The position numbers and the translations under genes are program-made. Shown one piece after another: positions 1 to 9,300 of a stretch of 64,000 nt of DNA; the stretch's first letter is position 1; each line of letters opens with the position of its first letter. The stretch is taken from NCBI GenBank assembly GCA_002492295.1, contig DKYC01000132.1:6085-70084 (forward strand). The letters are read 5' to 3'. Below the pieces are notes generated by a model. The model searched no databases. It was not told where the DNA came from and saw nothing but the letters and a program-made list of their open reading frames with translations. This DNA comes from Lachnospiraceae bacterium UBA7110 (lineage in GTDB: Bacteria; Bacillota; Clostridia; Lachnospirales; Lachnospiraceae).

Positions 1-1
1 G

Positions 2-883
2 CGGTATAATTATAATGAAAATAAGCGGCTTGCGATTATCAAGGCAAAGCCATGTGACCCGAATATTCTCGGACTGGTGGGCGACTTTGTCCTGCAGGTG
101 GACAGTATTGACGTGTGCATTATTTTTAATGAGCTTCCGGAAGGATATAAGCTTTCCGTCAGGAGCTGCAGTCCGTATGTCACGGCAAACGATATGGCGG
201 CGTATTTGGTTACGGATATCGGAAACGGCGGCGGACATCTGAACAAGGCGGGCGGATTCATCAGCAGAAGTAAATATAAGGAAAAATATGGGGATTTGGG
301 GATAGACACCTATATTTTTTCAAAATCAGAGGAATATTATGACAGCTGTGATGTGGTGTATGCCAGCGAGGGAATCAGGGATACGGAGGGCTTTGCACTG
401 TACAAAAAGCTTCCAAGTGTGTGCGGTTATGTGAAAACGCTGAATTTCCTGGAGCCTGGAACGGAGTGTAAGATACGGACCTATGAGGGGGATGTAGCGG
501 TAAAGGCGGCGGAGAATATTTATGTGATGATTGGACTGTTCGGGGAAGTATATCCGATTGAGCGGGATAAATTTGAGCAGAAATACCGGGCGCTGGAAGA
601 AGTGTTTTACAAAGAATATGAGTATGCGCCGTCTGTCGTGGATGTGGTAAAATCAAAGAAGTATGAGCTTTTGCCATATGCGAAAAAGTGCATTAGGAAA
701 GAGGATTCCTGTATTTACGCCAAACGGCTTACAGTTCCTGCGAAGGTTTTTTCAAAATGGAATTATGAGAATTACATGTACGGGAAAACGGGAGATTACA
801 TTTGCTATTTACCGGAGGATAAAACGGATGTGTATATAGTAAAAAAAGAAATATTTGAAGAAACATATGTTCCGCAAAAATAA
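2..883 (+). CDS. DHH-family phosphoesterase, C-terminal part (DHHA1 domain followed by two PGDYG-like repeats); 5'-truncated by the window edge
   Basis: Frame is open from nt 2 (RYNYNENKRLAIIKAKPCDPNILGLVGDFV...). DHHA1 motifs KLSVRS and GNGGGHLNKAGG. Tail repeats TYEG..G..GEVYP...F...Y and GDYICY...VYIV...F..TY. Confidence 0.75.
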   Translation, partial: RYNYNENKRLAIIKAKPCDPNILGLVGDFVLQVDSIDVCIIFNELPEGYKLSVRSCSPYVTANDMAAYLVTDIGNGGGHLNKAGGFISRSKYKEKYGDLGIDTYIFSKSEEYYDSCDVVYASEGIRDTEGFALYKKLPSVCGYVKTLNFLEPGTECKIRTYEGDVAVKAAENIYVMIGLFGEVYPIERDKFEQKYRALEEVFYKEYEYAPSVVDVVKSKKYELLPYAKKCIRKEDSCIYAKRLTVPAKVFSKWNYENYMYGKTGDYICYLPEDKTDVYIVKKEIFEETYVPQK

Positions 884-929
884 CGGATAAAAGGTTTTGC
901 TGTCAGGTGAAACCTTTTATCCGTTTTTA
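882..929. terminator. Bidirectional intrinsic terminator between convergent genes
   Basis: Inverted repeat AACGGATAAAAGGTTT / AAACCTTTTATCCGTT with A and T tracts on either side. Confidence 0.8.
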
Positions 930-935
930 TTAAAA

Positions 936-1772
936 CTACTCCACTGAGCTTACGCAGTTATACATCAGCATTGCAATCGTCATAGGTCCCACACCGCCGG
1001 GGACAGGTGTGATTGCACTTGTATGCGGTGCGACCTTTTCAAAATCGACATCGCCGCAGAGCTTGTTGTTTTCATTCCTGTGGATGCCGACATCAATCAC
1101 TGCAGCGCCTTCTTTTACATAGCTTTCATCAATAAACTTCGGCTTCCCGACCGCCACAATTAAGATATCTGCCTGTTTTGTAATCTCCTTAATATTCTGC
1201 GTGCGTGAGTGGCAGATGGTAACCGTGCCGTTTTCCCGCAGCAGCAAAAGAGACATCGGCTTTCCGACGATATTGCTTCTGCCGATGACTACACAGTGCT
1301 TTCCGGAAATTTCCACCCCGGAGCGCTTTAAAAGCTGTATAATGCCAAGCGGTGTGCAGGACACATAGCCCTTGCTGCCAACACACAGTGCTCCGACATT
1401 CTTCTCGTTAAAGCCGTCCACGTCTTTTTCGGGGGCAATGGCCTGAATGACCTTTTTTTCATCAATCTGCTTCGGAAGCGGAAGCTGTACGAGGATGCCG
1501 TTTATCTTGTCGTCTTCGTTAAGTTTTCTTACAAGGTCTAATAGCTCCTCCTGCGTTGTCTCTTCAGGCAGCTCATACGCAAGCGACTCAATTCCGATAT
1601 AAGCGCACGCCTTTTTCTTGTTTCCCACATACACACTTGATGCGGGATCACTGCCCACCTGGATTACGGCAAGGCAGATGCTTTTTCCTTCTGCTTTCAG
1701 GGCAGTTACTTTGTCCTTGAGCTCATCCTTAATTTCCTGTGATATTTTCTTTCCGTCAATAATCTGATACAT
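936..1772 (-). CDS. folD: Bifunctional methylenetetrahydrofolate dehydrogenase/cyclohydrolase
   Basis: Motifs YVGNKKKAC, GILVQLPLP, KDVDGF, GRSNIVGKP, TPVPGGVGPMTIAMLM. The GGAGG spacing favours the ATG at 1772 over 1778. Confidence 0.97.
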   Translation of the reverse strand: MYQIIDGKKISQEIKDELKDKVTALKAEGKSICLAVIQVGSDPASSVYVGNKKKACAYIGIESLAYELPEETTQEELLDLVRKLNEDDKINGILVQLPLPKQIDEKKVIQAIAPEKDVDGFNEKNVGALCVGSKGYVSCTPLGIIQLLKRSGVEISGKHCVVIGRSNIVGKPMSLLLLRENGTVTICHSRTQNIKEITKQADILIVAVGKPKFIDESYVKEGAAVIDVGIHRNENNKLCGDVDFEKVAPHTSAITPVPGGVGPMTIAMLMYNCVSSVE

Positions 1773-1802
1773 ACGCATCCTCCATTCTTTTTTGCAGATT
1801 TT

Positions 1803-3860
1803 TTATTTTACAAGAATATCATCCAATCCCGCCGTATCGGAAACCGGGTTTGTCTCACATACAATGACTTGAAGCTTTGGCAGGTCTGCAAGCGGTTCCA
1901 GTGACGTAACATAGTTGTCCATGATATTAAGCATTTTCAACTGTTCCATCCCTGCCGCAAAGTCCACACTGTCTATTGTCAAATCCTCAAGCGTCAATTC
2001 TTCCATGCCGCGTAGCTTTGCAAGTGCCTCCTGAAGCTTTTTGACCTCAATATTCTCCTTATCTGCCCACTGATCAGTATTGTACCTGTAAATCATTGCA
2101 TTGCCCATATCAAGAATGCGCAGATGATCATTTTCCGCAACATTCTCCGTATTCAGCATAAAGGAAGTATAATCAACGTGCAGTTCTTTCAGATTTGGCA
2201 TATTCATAATCGGACTGATGTCGCTCCAAAGATAGCTGGAATACATATCCAAATATTCAAGCCCTTCAGCCTCAGATATCTGTTGTAGCATTTCAGGCGA
2301 AACAGAACTGTTTTTCACGGTAAGGGAACGCAAGTTCGGGAGCTGTAAAAGGGAATTACTGCTTCCGAAATCCCCGTAGCCGCCGTCATCAATAACCAGC
2401 TCCTCGACATTTGTCATATATTTCAGGTTGTCAAAGCTTTCAAAATTTCCAAGATAAAGCTTCGTCACATTGCTAAGTGCCGAAAAATCAGGCATATCGG
2501 AGTCGTCAAAATTAAAGCTTGTCATCAGACCAAATTCCTTCAGTCCTGTTAAACCTTTGACAAATTCATAATCCGTCGTTTCGTAATTTTCCAAAAGATA
2601 AAGGCTTTCCAGATCCGTGCATTCCGCAAGCGGCGTAAAATCAAGAACCTTGCTTCCAACCACGGTAAGTTCTTTCAGATTGTCAAATTTCGTTAAAAAG
2701 CTGACATCCCGAAGCGAGTCTGATTCGATATAAAGCGATTCCAACTGTGTCGCCTGATACAATGCGGAAAGGTCGTCAATATAATCGCCGTCCATAATGG
2801 TAAGCCTTTTTAAATTGGGAAGCTCGGAAATTCCGTTAATATCCGAGAGCATTGTGCTGCCTAAGTAAAGGCTTTCAACGTTTGTAAAAGCGCTAAGCCC
2901 GGAGACGGAAAAGCGGACATCGTAAAGGCCAAGCTCCGTTATCTGCTCAGGGGGAATGGTGCTTTCAATATCGCTTATGTAGCCGTCATAGTAGAGCGTA
3001 TGCAGCTTTTCAAGCCCGTCCAGGTTCAAATTGCCGGATGAGTACACCTTTAAGTAAAGCTCCTCAAGGTTTACAAAACAGGTGAGATCCTTGCTTATGT
3101 CAGGTTTTTGTGAGGCGGGATAAACCGTGCCCTGCGTGCCGTCCGAGAGCGTATAGTCCACTGCCAGGTAATCATACCCTACCTCGTAAACATGCAGGGA
3201 AATAATCTGCTCGGAATCCGACGCAGTTAACGCTTCAGCATCCTTTTCAAAGATAAGCCCCATCATTTGGCTGAAAAACTCGGACTGCGGAACTGCCAGG
3301 GTAATTTTTTCCAACGCAGGCTCTTCATCAGAACCGTCCGAATCGGAGGAGTAGCGTCCCGATCCCGCCCGGTTTGCGGACTCCTGATCCTCCTTTGATG
3401 CCTTGGAGCTGTCTTCATGGCGCGACGCGGCAAAAAAGCTTGAAACTACAAGGAACAGGATTATCAGAAAGACAGCGATTAAAACAAAGCAGACAACCAA
3501 AATGCCATTGGTGGATTTTTGCTTTTCATCCCCGTAGAGCGCCCGCCGTTTTTCCGTAATTTCGGCAAAGCTTGGAGTCGGGGAAGTGCCGCTGTTTTGT
3601 TGGTTTAAGTATTGCTCGTAAGGTCTTGGATTACTTTGGTTATTTTGCGTGCTGCCCGTCTGTCCTAAGCCTTGGTTTTGGTAAATCGAGCGGGAACTTT
3701 CGCTTGTGTTTGCAGTCGTACCTGTCGTTTCGCCGGAAGCGGAGGTGGTATAGGATGCGTGGCTAAAGGAATCGTTGTAGCCACAGTCGGGGCAGGTAAG
3801 CACCCCGTTTACCTTGCTCATTTTTGCACTGCACAGGGGACATTTTTTCTGAAATGCCAT
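1803..3860 (-). CDS. Membrane-anchored leucine-rich-repeat protein with N-terminal zinc ribbon
   Basis: CPLC..CPDC at the N-terminus, an S/T/Q/N-rich linker, one TM helix (ILVVCFVLIAVFLIILFLVV), then many LxxLxL repeats. Confidence 0.85.
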   Translation of the reverse strand: MAFQKKCPLCSAKMSKVNGVLTCPDCGYNDSFSHASYTTSASGETTGTTANTSESSRSIYQNQGLGQTGSTQNNQSNPRPYEQYLNQQNSGTSPTPSFAEITEKRRALYGDEKQKSTNGILVVCFVLIAVFLIILFLVVSSFFAASRHEDSSKASKEDQESANRAGSGRYSSDSDGSDEEPALEKITLAVPQSEFFSQMMGLIFEKDAEALTASDSEQIISLHVYEVGYDYLAVDYTLSDGTQGTVYPASQKPDISKDLTCFVNLEELYLKVYSSGNLNLDGLEKLHTLYYDGYISDIESTIPPEQITELGLYDVRFSVSGLSAFTNVESLYLGSTMLSDINGISELPNLKRLTIMDGDYIDDLSALYQATQLESLYIESDSLRDVSFLTKFDNLKELTVVGSKVLDFTPLAECTDLESLYLLENYETTDYEFVKGLTGLKEFGLMTSFNFDDSDMPDFSALSNVTKLYLGNFESFDNLKYMTNVEELVIDDGGYGDFGSSNSLLQLPNLRSLTVKNSSVSPEMLQQISEAEGLEYLDMYSSYLWSDISPIMNMPNLKELHVDYTSFMLNTENVAENDHLRILDMGNAMIYRYNTDQWADKENIEVKKLQEALAKLRGMEELTLEDLTIDSVDFAAGMEQLKMLNIMDNYVTSLEPLADLPKLQVIVCETNPVSDTAGLDDILVK

Positions 3861-4111
3861 TCGTGTATCGTTCCTTTCCTATTTAAATATGTTTTGTTTA
3901 AATTTGTTTTGAATATGTTTTCAAGTTTAAGTATGCTGGTAATATGGTTCATATCCGATTGCCCATATCACATTTGTTTTCAAGTATAACACAGATTATT
4001 ATGGATTGCATTAAAAATATAAAGACTTGCTTAGATTTGTATCGATATACATAGAAACAATTTAAAACTGCAGCCGGGGAATTCCTGCCCCAAAAGCAGA
4101 TATCTTACCAG

Positions 4112-4140
4112 TTGCCAAGAATTTTTAACTATGCTATGAT
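4112..4140 (+). promoter_or_regulatory. sigmaA-type promoter for the diguanylate cyclase
   Basis: TTGCCA-N17-TATGAT with an extended TG. Confidence 0.55.
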
Positions 4141-4200
4141 AAAAAAGGTAAAGGAAAACAAGGAGGAAAATCATCCTAAAAGAAACAGGAGGATAATCTG

Positions 4201-5451
4201 TTGAAAGAAACAAAAGGAGGCATACGCAAAAAGCTTCTCCCCATTGTCATATTACCGATTATTTTATTGAGCTTTCTGATTACGGTCGTCGGTGTAACGC
4301 TATTTTACAGTTTTTATACACAGAGCATTCGGGATGAACTGATATCCACGACGGATACACTGATTGACTGTCTGGACTTTGCAATCAGCGGCGACTATCA
4401 ATACATAAATGAAATGCTGTTTAAGGGAGATTTGAATATTACGGATTCAACAATGCTTTTGCGGATTAAAGAGCAGTCGGAGATTGATACCACATTTTTT
4501 TGGAACGATTTGCGTATCATGACCACGATAGAAGATGAGTATGGTATATCCGCCGTAGGGACAAAAGCGGACAGTCGGGTGTCAGATGTCGTATTAAAGC
4601 AGGGGATGAGCTATTCGTCGAAGGACTTATCAATCAATGGGAAGAACTATATCGGATATTATGTTCCGCTGAAAAATACAGGCGGAGAAGTTGTGGGCAT
4701 GATTTTTGCCGGGAAGCAGAAGGATTTGGTTTACCATAAAATAACAGAAGTTATTATATGGTTTGCCGTATTTTCCGTTCTTATGATTGCTTTTTCCCTT
4801 TTGATTACGCTCAAATTTTCGTCAAGCATGATTGCGGATATTAACAGTATTAACAGCTTTCTGAAGGCGATTTCGGAAGGAAATTTAAGGTCGAGGCTCG
4901 GAAACCGTGTTGTGAACCGTAAAGATGAAATCGGCTCTATTGGTCTTTATGCACTCAAGATGCGGGATAATCTTCAAAAGCTGATTGAGCGGGATGCCCT
5001 GACGGAGCTTTATAACAGAAGAAGCTGTCACAATATGCTGTCTGCAATTTCACAGAAAAATGAATTATACTGCGTTGTCATGTGTGATATTGATTTCTTT
5101 AAGAAAGTAAACGATACTTATGGACATGATGCAGGAGATTACGTGCTGCAGGAGGTGTCTGGTTTAATCAGGAAAAATGTTTCGGAGTACGGTTTTGCAA
5201 GCCGTTGGGGCGGGGAGGAATTTCTGCTTGTGTTCAGGCTTGGATATGAGGATACGGTTGCAAGGACACGGCAGCTGCGGCAAAGTATTCTGGAGCATGA
5301 TTTTACATATGAAAAAACGAAAATGGACATTACAATGACGTTTGGCGTTGCGGATGGAACGGAGTTTATCCGGTACGAGAATGTGATTAAGAAAGCGGAT
5401 GAGAAACTTTATATAGGAAAAAACAATGGTAGGAATCAGGTTGTTGCATAA
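4201..5451 (+). CDS. Diguanylate cyclase (TM-Cache-TM-HAMP-GGDEF)
   Basis: DALTELYNRR, DIDFFKKVNDTYGHDAGD, RWGGEEF, TMTFGVA; two TM helices flank a Cache-like region; TTG start after GGAGG. Confidence 0.92.
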   Translation: MKETKGGIRKKLLPIVILPIILLSFLITVVGVTLFYSFYTQSIRDELISTTDTLIDCLDFAISGDYQYINEMLFKGDLNITDSTMLLRIKEQSEIDTTFFWNDLRIMTTIEDEYGISAVGTKADSRVSDVVLKQGMSYSSKDLSINGKNYIGYYVPLKNTGGEVVGMIFAGKQKDLVYHKITEVIIWFAVFSVLMIAFSLLITLKFSSSMIADINSINSFLKAISEGNLRSRLGNRVVNRKDEIGSIGLYALKMRDNLQKLIERDALTELYNRRSCHNMLSAISQKNELYCVVMCDIDFFKKVNDTYGHDAGDYVLQEVSGLIRKNVSEYGFASRWGGEEFLLVFRLGYEDTVARTRQLRQSILEHDFTYEKTKMDITMTFGVADGTEFIRYENVIKKADEKLYIGKNNGRNQVVA

Positions 5452-5465
5452 CAGGAGAAGCACAT

Positions 5466-6257
5466 ATGAGAAAAAATATTACGAAAAAGCTGCTGTTAAT
5501 CGTACTGGCTTGTATGATGGCGTTTGTTTCAGGCTGTGGAGAGCAGCCGGTTGCAAATATGGTACAGTCGCTGGATGATTTGGAAGGAAAAAAGGTAGGA
5601 GTCCAGCTTAAGACAACAGGAGACGTCTATGCCAGCGACATTAAGGATGCGGAGGTTGTACGGTTTAACAGGGGGATTGATGCCGTGACAGCACTGAAAA
5701 AGGGTGTGGTCGATGCGGTTATCATCGATGATGCGCCTGCGAATGTGTTTGTAGGCGAGGTCGGCGGCTTAAAGCTGCTTGACGAGCCTTTTGCGGATGA
5801 GGAATACGGTATTGCCGTAAATAAAAACAATCCTGGGCTGTTGGCGGATATTAATGAGGCATTGGAAAAGCTGCAAAACGACGGCACCCTGGACAGCATA
5901 AAGGATTCCTGGATTATGGGCGACGTGCAGGAGAGTGCTTATGAAAGAAAGCAGGGGGCACATGCAAACGGCGTTTTGAAAATGATTACAAACGCGGAGT
6001 TTCCGCCGTATGAAAGTATGACGGAGGATGGCAGAATTGTAGGAATGGATGTGGATATCATGGCGGCGGTCTGTGATGAGCTGGATATGGAGCTTGAGGT
6101 GCAGAATACGTCGTTTGATTCCGTGATTGCGTCTGTGGAGAAGGGGGCGTCGTCGGTGGCGGTATCCGGCATCACAATCACGCAGGAGCGGATGGAGCAT
6201 GTGGACTTTTCGAATCCGTATACGAAGGCAAAGCAGGTGGTTATTGTGCGGGAATAA
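5466..6257 (+). CDS. Polar amino-acid ABC substrate-binding lipoprotein (family 3), circularly permuted
   Basis: Lipobox VSGC. Motifs DLEGKKVGVQLKTTG, VDAVIID and EEYGIAV come before TNAEFPPYE, GMDVDI and ITQERMEHVDFSNPY. Confidence 0.9.
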   Translation: MRKNITKKLLLIVLACMMAFVSGCGEQPVANMVQSLDDLEGKKVGVQLKTTGDVYASDIKDAEVVRFNRGIDAVTALKKGVVDAVIIDDAPANVFVGEVGGLKLLDEPFADEEYGIAVNKNNPGLLADINEALEKLQNDGTLDSIKDSWIMGDVQESAYERKQGAHANGVLKMITNAEFPPYESMTEDGRIVGMDVDIMAAVCDELDMELEVQNTSFDSVIASVEKGASSVAVSGITITQERMEHVDFSNPYTKAKQVVIVRE

Positions 6258-6307
6258 TGTTCGGAAGTGCAATAATGGTTTGAAGAAGAAAGGAGCACAG
6301 ACACAAA

Positions 6308-9300
6308 ATGACTGGAAAGATGAAAAAATGCATTGCATTCATGCTGGCACTGGTTCTTATGGTATCACCGCTTTCACAAACGAGAGTATATGCGGCGGAA
6401 ATGCAGGAAAGTCCGACTGCGGATGATACAAAAGAGTCGGAAAATCCGGCAGATGAAGAGAGCGAAAGGGCGTCCGAAACGGAGTCTGGGACAAAGGATG
6501 CTGTGACGCAGGAGCCGGAAACAAATACCGAACCGCAGAGCAGTGCGCAGGATACGGCAGAAGAGGAAAGTCCTGCTGAAGTGGTATCGGAAGAGGAGAG
6601 CGTGACTGAGGCAGCATCGGAACCGGAAACTGTGTCTGAGGCAGTGCCGGAAGAGGAAAGCGCGTCCTTGACGGAATCGGAGTCAGGTTCGGAAATGGAG
6701 ACGGAAAGTGTCCTTGAAACGGAATCTTTGGAAGATAACGGCGCCGGGGAAGAAATCGAGTATGCGCACCCCGAAGCGTTGGAACCGGAAAATGTCCCAT
6801 ATGATGAAAATCAGGATGCGTTTACAGATAAGCTTGTAAACAGCAGAAAGGCAAGGAGCGCTATTCCGGCAAAGTATGATGCGCGCGAGGAAGGTTATCT
6901 GCCCGCAATCCGGAATCAGGGAAGCTGGGGGGCATGTTGGAGTTTTTCCCTGCTTGGTGCGATGGAAGTAGCAGCAGTCAGAGATTTGGGCGTGTCCGCA
7001 GGCAGTATTGACTTGTCGGAGCGGCATCTTGCATATTTCGGATATCATACGGGATATGATGCACTTGATAATGCAAACGGGGATACGATGACCAGTAATC
7101 CTGCGGAATATTATCTGAAGCAGGGAGGTAATGATATCAGGGGCGTCGTGCGCCTGATGAACTGGAATGGCGGAGCGGATGAAAAGGAATATCCTTATTC
7201 AACAAGTTCGCTGCCTGGTGCATTGGACAGAACGGCGGCACAGGATGCCAGACTGTATCTTGAGAATGCATACCGCTATGATTTTAAAGCCGAAGGAAAT
7301 AAAAGTGAAGCAATCAAAGTTGTCAAGAAAATGATAATGGACTATGGCGCAGTGTCATGGTCATATTATAATGATTCGAAATATGTAAATGCGTCTAACG
7401 GAGCATATTATAATAATGTCGGAGGCTCCGGTAAGGCGGTGACAAACCATGCAATTATGGCAGTAGGATGGGATGACAGTTATCAAAAGGAGAACTTCCG
7501 GGAAGATAACCAGCCTGAAAATGACGGCGCATGGATTATCAGAAACAGTTGGGGAGAAAGCAATGGAGACGACGGATATTATTATATCTCTTATGAGGAT
7601 AAGTCCCTTGGTTCCGGAAATCCAGTGTATGCTTTTAGCGTCTGTGATACCGAAAAATATGACAACAATTATTTTTATGGAAATACGGCATATTCCGGTT
7701 CTACAATTGCCGCGAGAAGGGCTGCTCAGGTATATCAGATTAAGAGCGAAAATGCATCACGAGAAAAACTGACAGCAGTGTCATTTTTGAGCGGTACAGC
7801 CGATGTGGATTATGAACTTCAGTTATATAAAAATCCGGATATGGAAAACGGTGTAGTGACAAATCCGACAAGCGGAACAGCGCTGCTTGATACGCCGCAG
7901 AAAGGCACAACGGACTATGCGGGACTTTATACGATAGAGCTTGCGTCTCCGGTTATATTGGATACGGAAGATTATGTGTCAATTGTGCTTACGTTTCCGA
8001 ATACAAGACCTGCTTTGTACTTCGATAGAAGCTATACCTCCGATGATGGAAATTGTAAAGGGGAGCACATTGTTGCAAAAGGACAGAGCTTTTATGGTTC
8101 AAGCCTGACGTCATGGCAGGATAATTATGATAATAACAGAACGTTCCGAATCAATGCATTTACGCTGGATTGTGAGGATGTGCCGCCGGAAGTGGTCAAG
8201 ATTGACAGGATTGAATATGATTATGCAAATACGGCTGTCATTACATGGAGCGGCGGAGCGGGAGCCGATAAAGTTGCAATCTACAGAAGTGAAAATCCAT
8301 CAGACGAAGGTGAACTGATTGCGGATGTCCGTGTGAATTCGGACGAGGAAACATTCCATTATCAGGATAGTGTTCATAAAGGAAAGACATATTACTATAA
8401 TCTGGTTCCGATTTTAATCAATAAAAAAGGAACTGAGGTAAGAGGGCAGACCACAAAGTCTGACGAAATTTTAACGTTCCCTGAAGCTGTAATGCTGGAG
8501 ACAGCGCAGTATGCTGAGGGTACCGGTGTCAGCCTCACATGGAATCTGGCAAAGGGTGCGGAGGGATACCGAATCGAACGAAGCGACAACGGCGGTGATT
8601 TTGCGGAGCTTACTACGGTAGAAGACAGCGCTGTGGTAACATATACGGATTCGTCAGTGCAGGGAGGAAACCGTTACGGTTACCGTGTCCTTTGCTATTA
8701 TACGGCGGAGGATCAGGGCAGGGCTGTGGTTTCGCCGCTCAACGAAAGGAACGTGGAAATCCTGCCGGAACCCGTGAAGATTTCCGGAATTACGGAGCTT
8801 AAACGTGAGAACAACACAACCCGTGTCAGCCTTTCATGGAACAGGGTGGAAAATGCGCAGTCATATGCAGTATACCGGAGCGTGGCGGCAGACGGTTACG
8901 TTTGCATTGCGGAGAACATTACGGATGTGCAGTATGTTGACGATGCGGTTTCCCCGGATACCTCTTACAGCTATAAGGTGATAGTTACTGTAAACGGATT
9001 GAGCTCGGAAAGCGGGAAAACACAGGAGGCGGTGATTCTTACAAAACCGGTCCTGACAGCACTTAAGATGCCGGTATCAGAGCTGGAGCTGAATAAAGAT
9101 AACGCACAGGAGTTTAAAATAACGCCGGTACCGGAAAACTATCCTTATGAAAAGGAGCTTGTATGGTCCGCATTTGACGAGGATGGCAATCCGCTTGAGG
9201 TTGTGCAAAAAAATGACACGATTGTCATAAATGGCACTGACGGCAGGGAGGTTCTTCATCTTTCCGGCAATAAGATTTATGCAGCCCGTCAGTCTGATAC

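Noticed and set aside
4020-4048. Possible sigma28 promoter TAAA-N17-ATCGATAT upstream of the DGC
   Set aside because: Two mismatches in the -10 box and a long spacer, and a good sigmaA promoter lies closer to the gene.
4060-4120. Possible c-di-GMP-I riboswitch near the DGC (CCAGTTGCC resembles the GEMM 3' end)
   Set aside because: The GAAA tetraloop and CGCAAAG core are absent, and TTGCCA is better explained as the -35 box.
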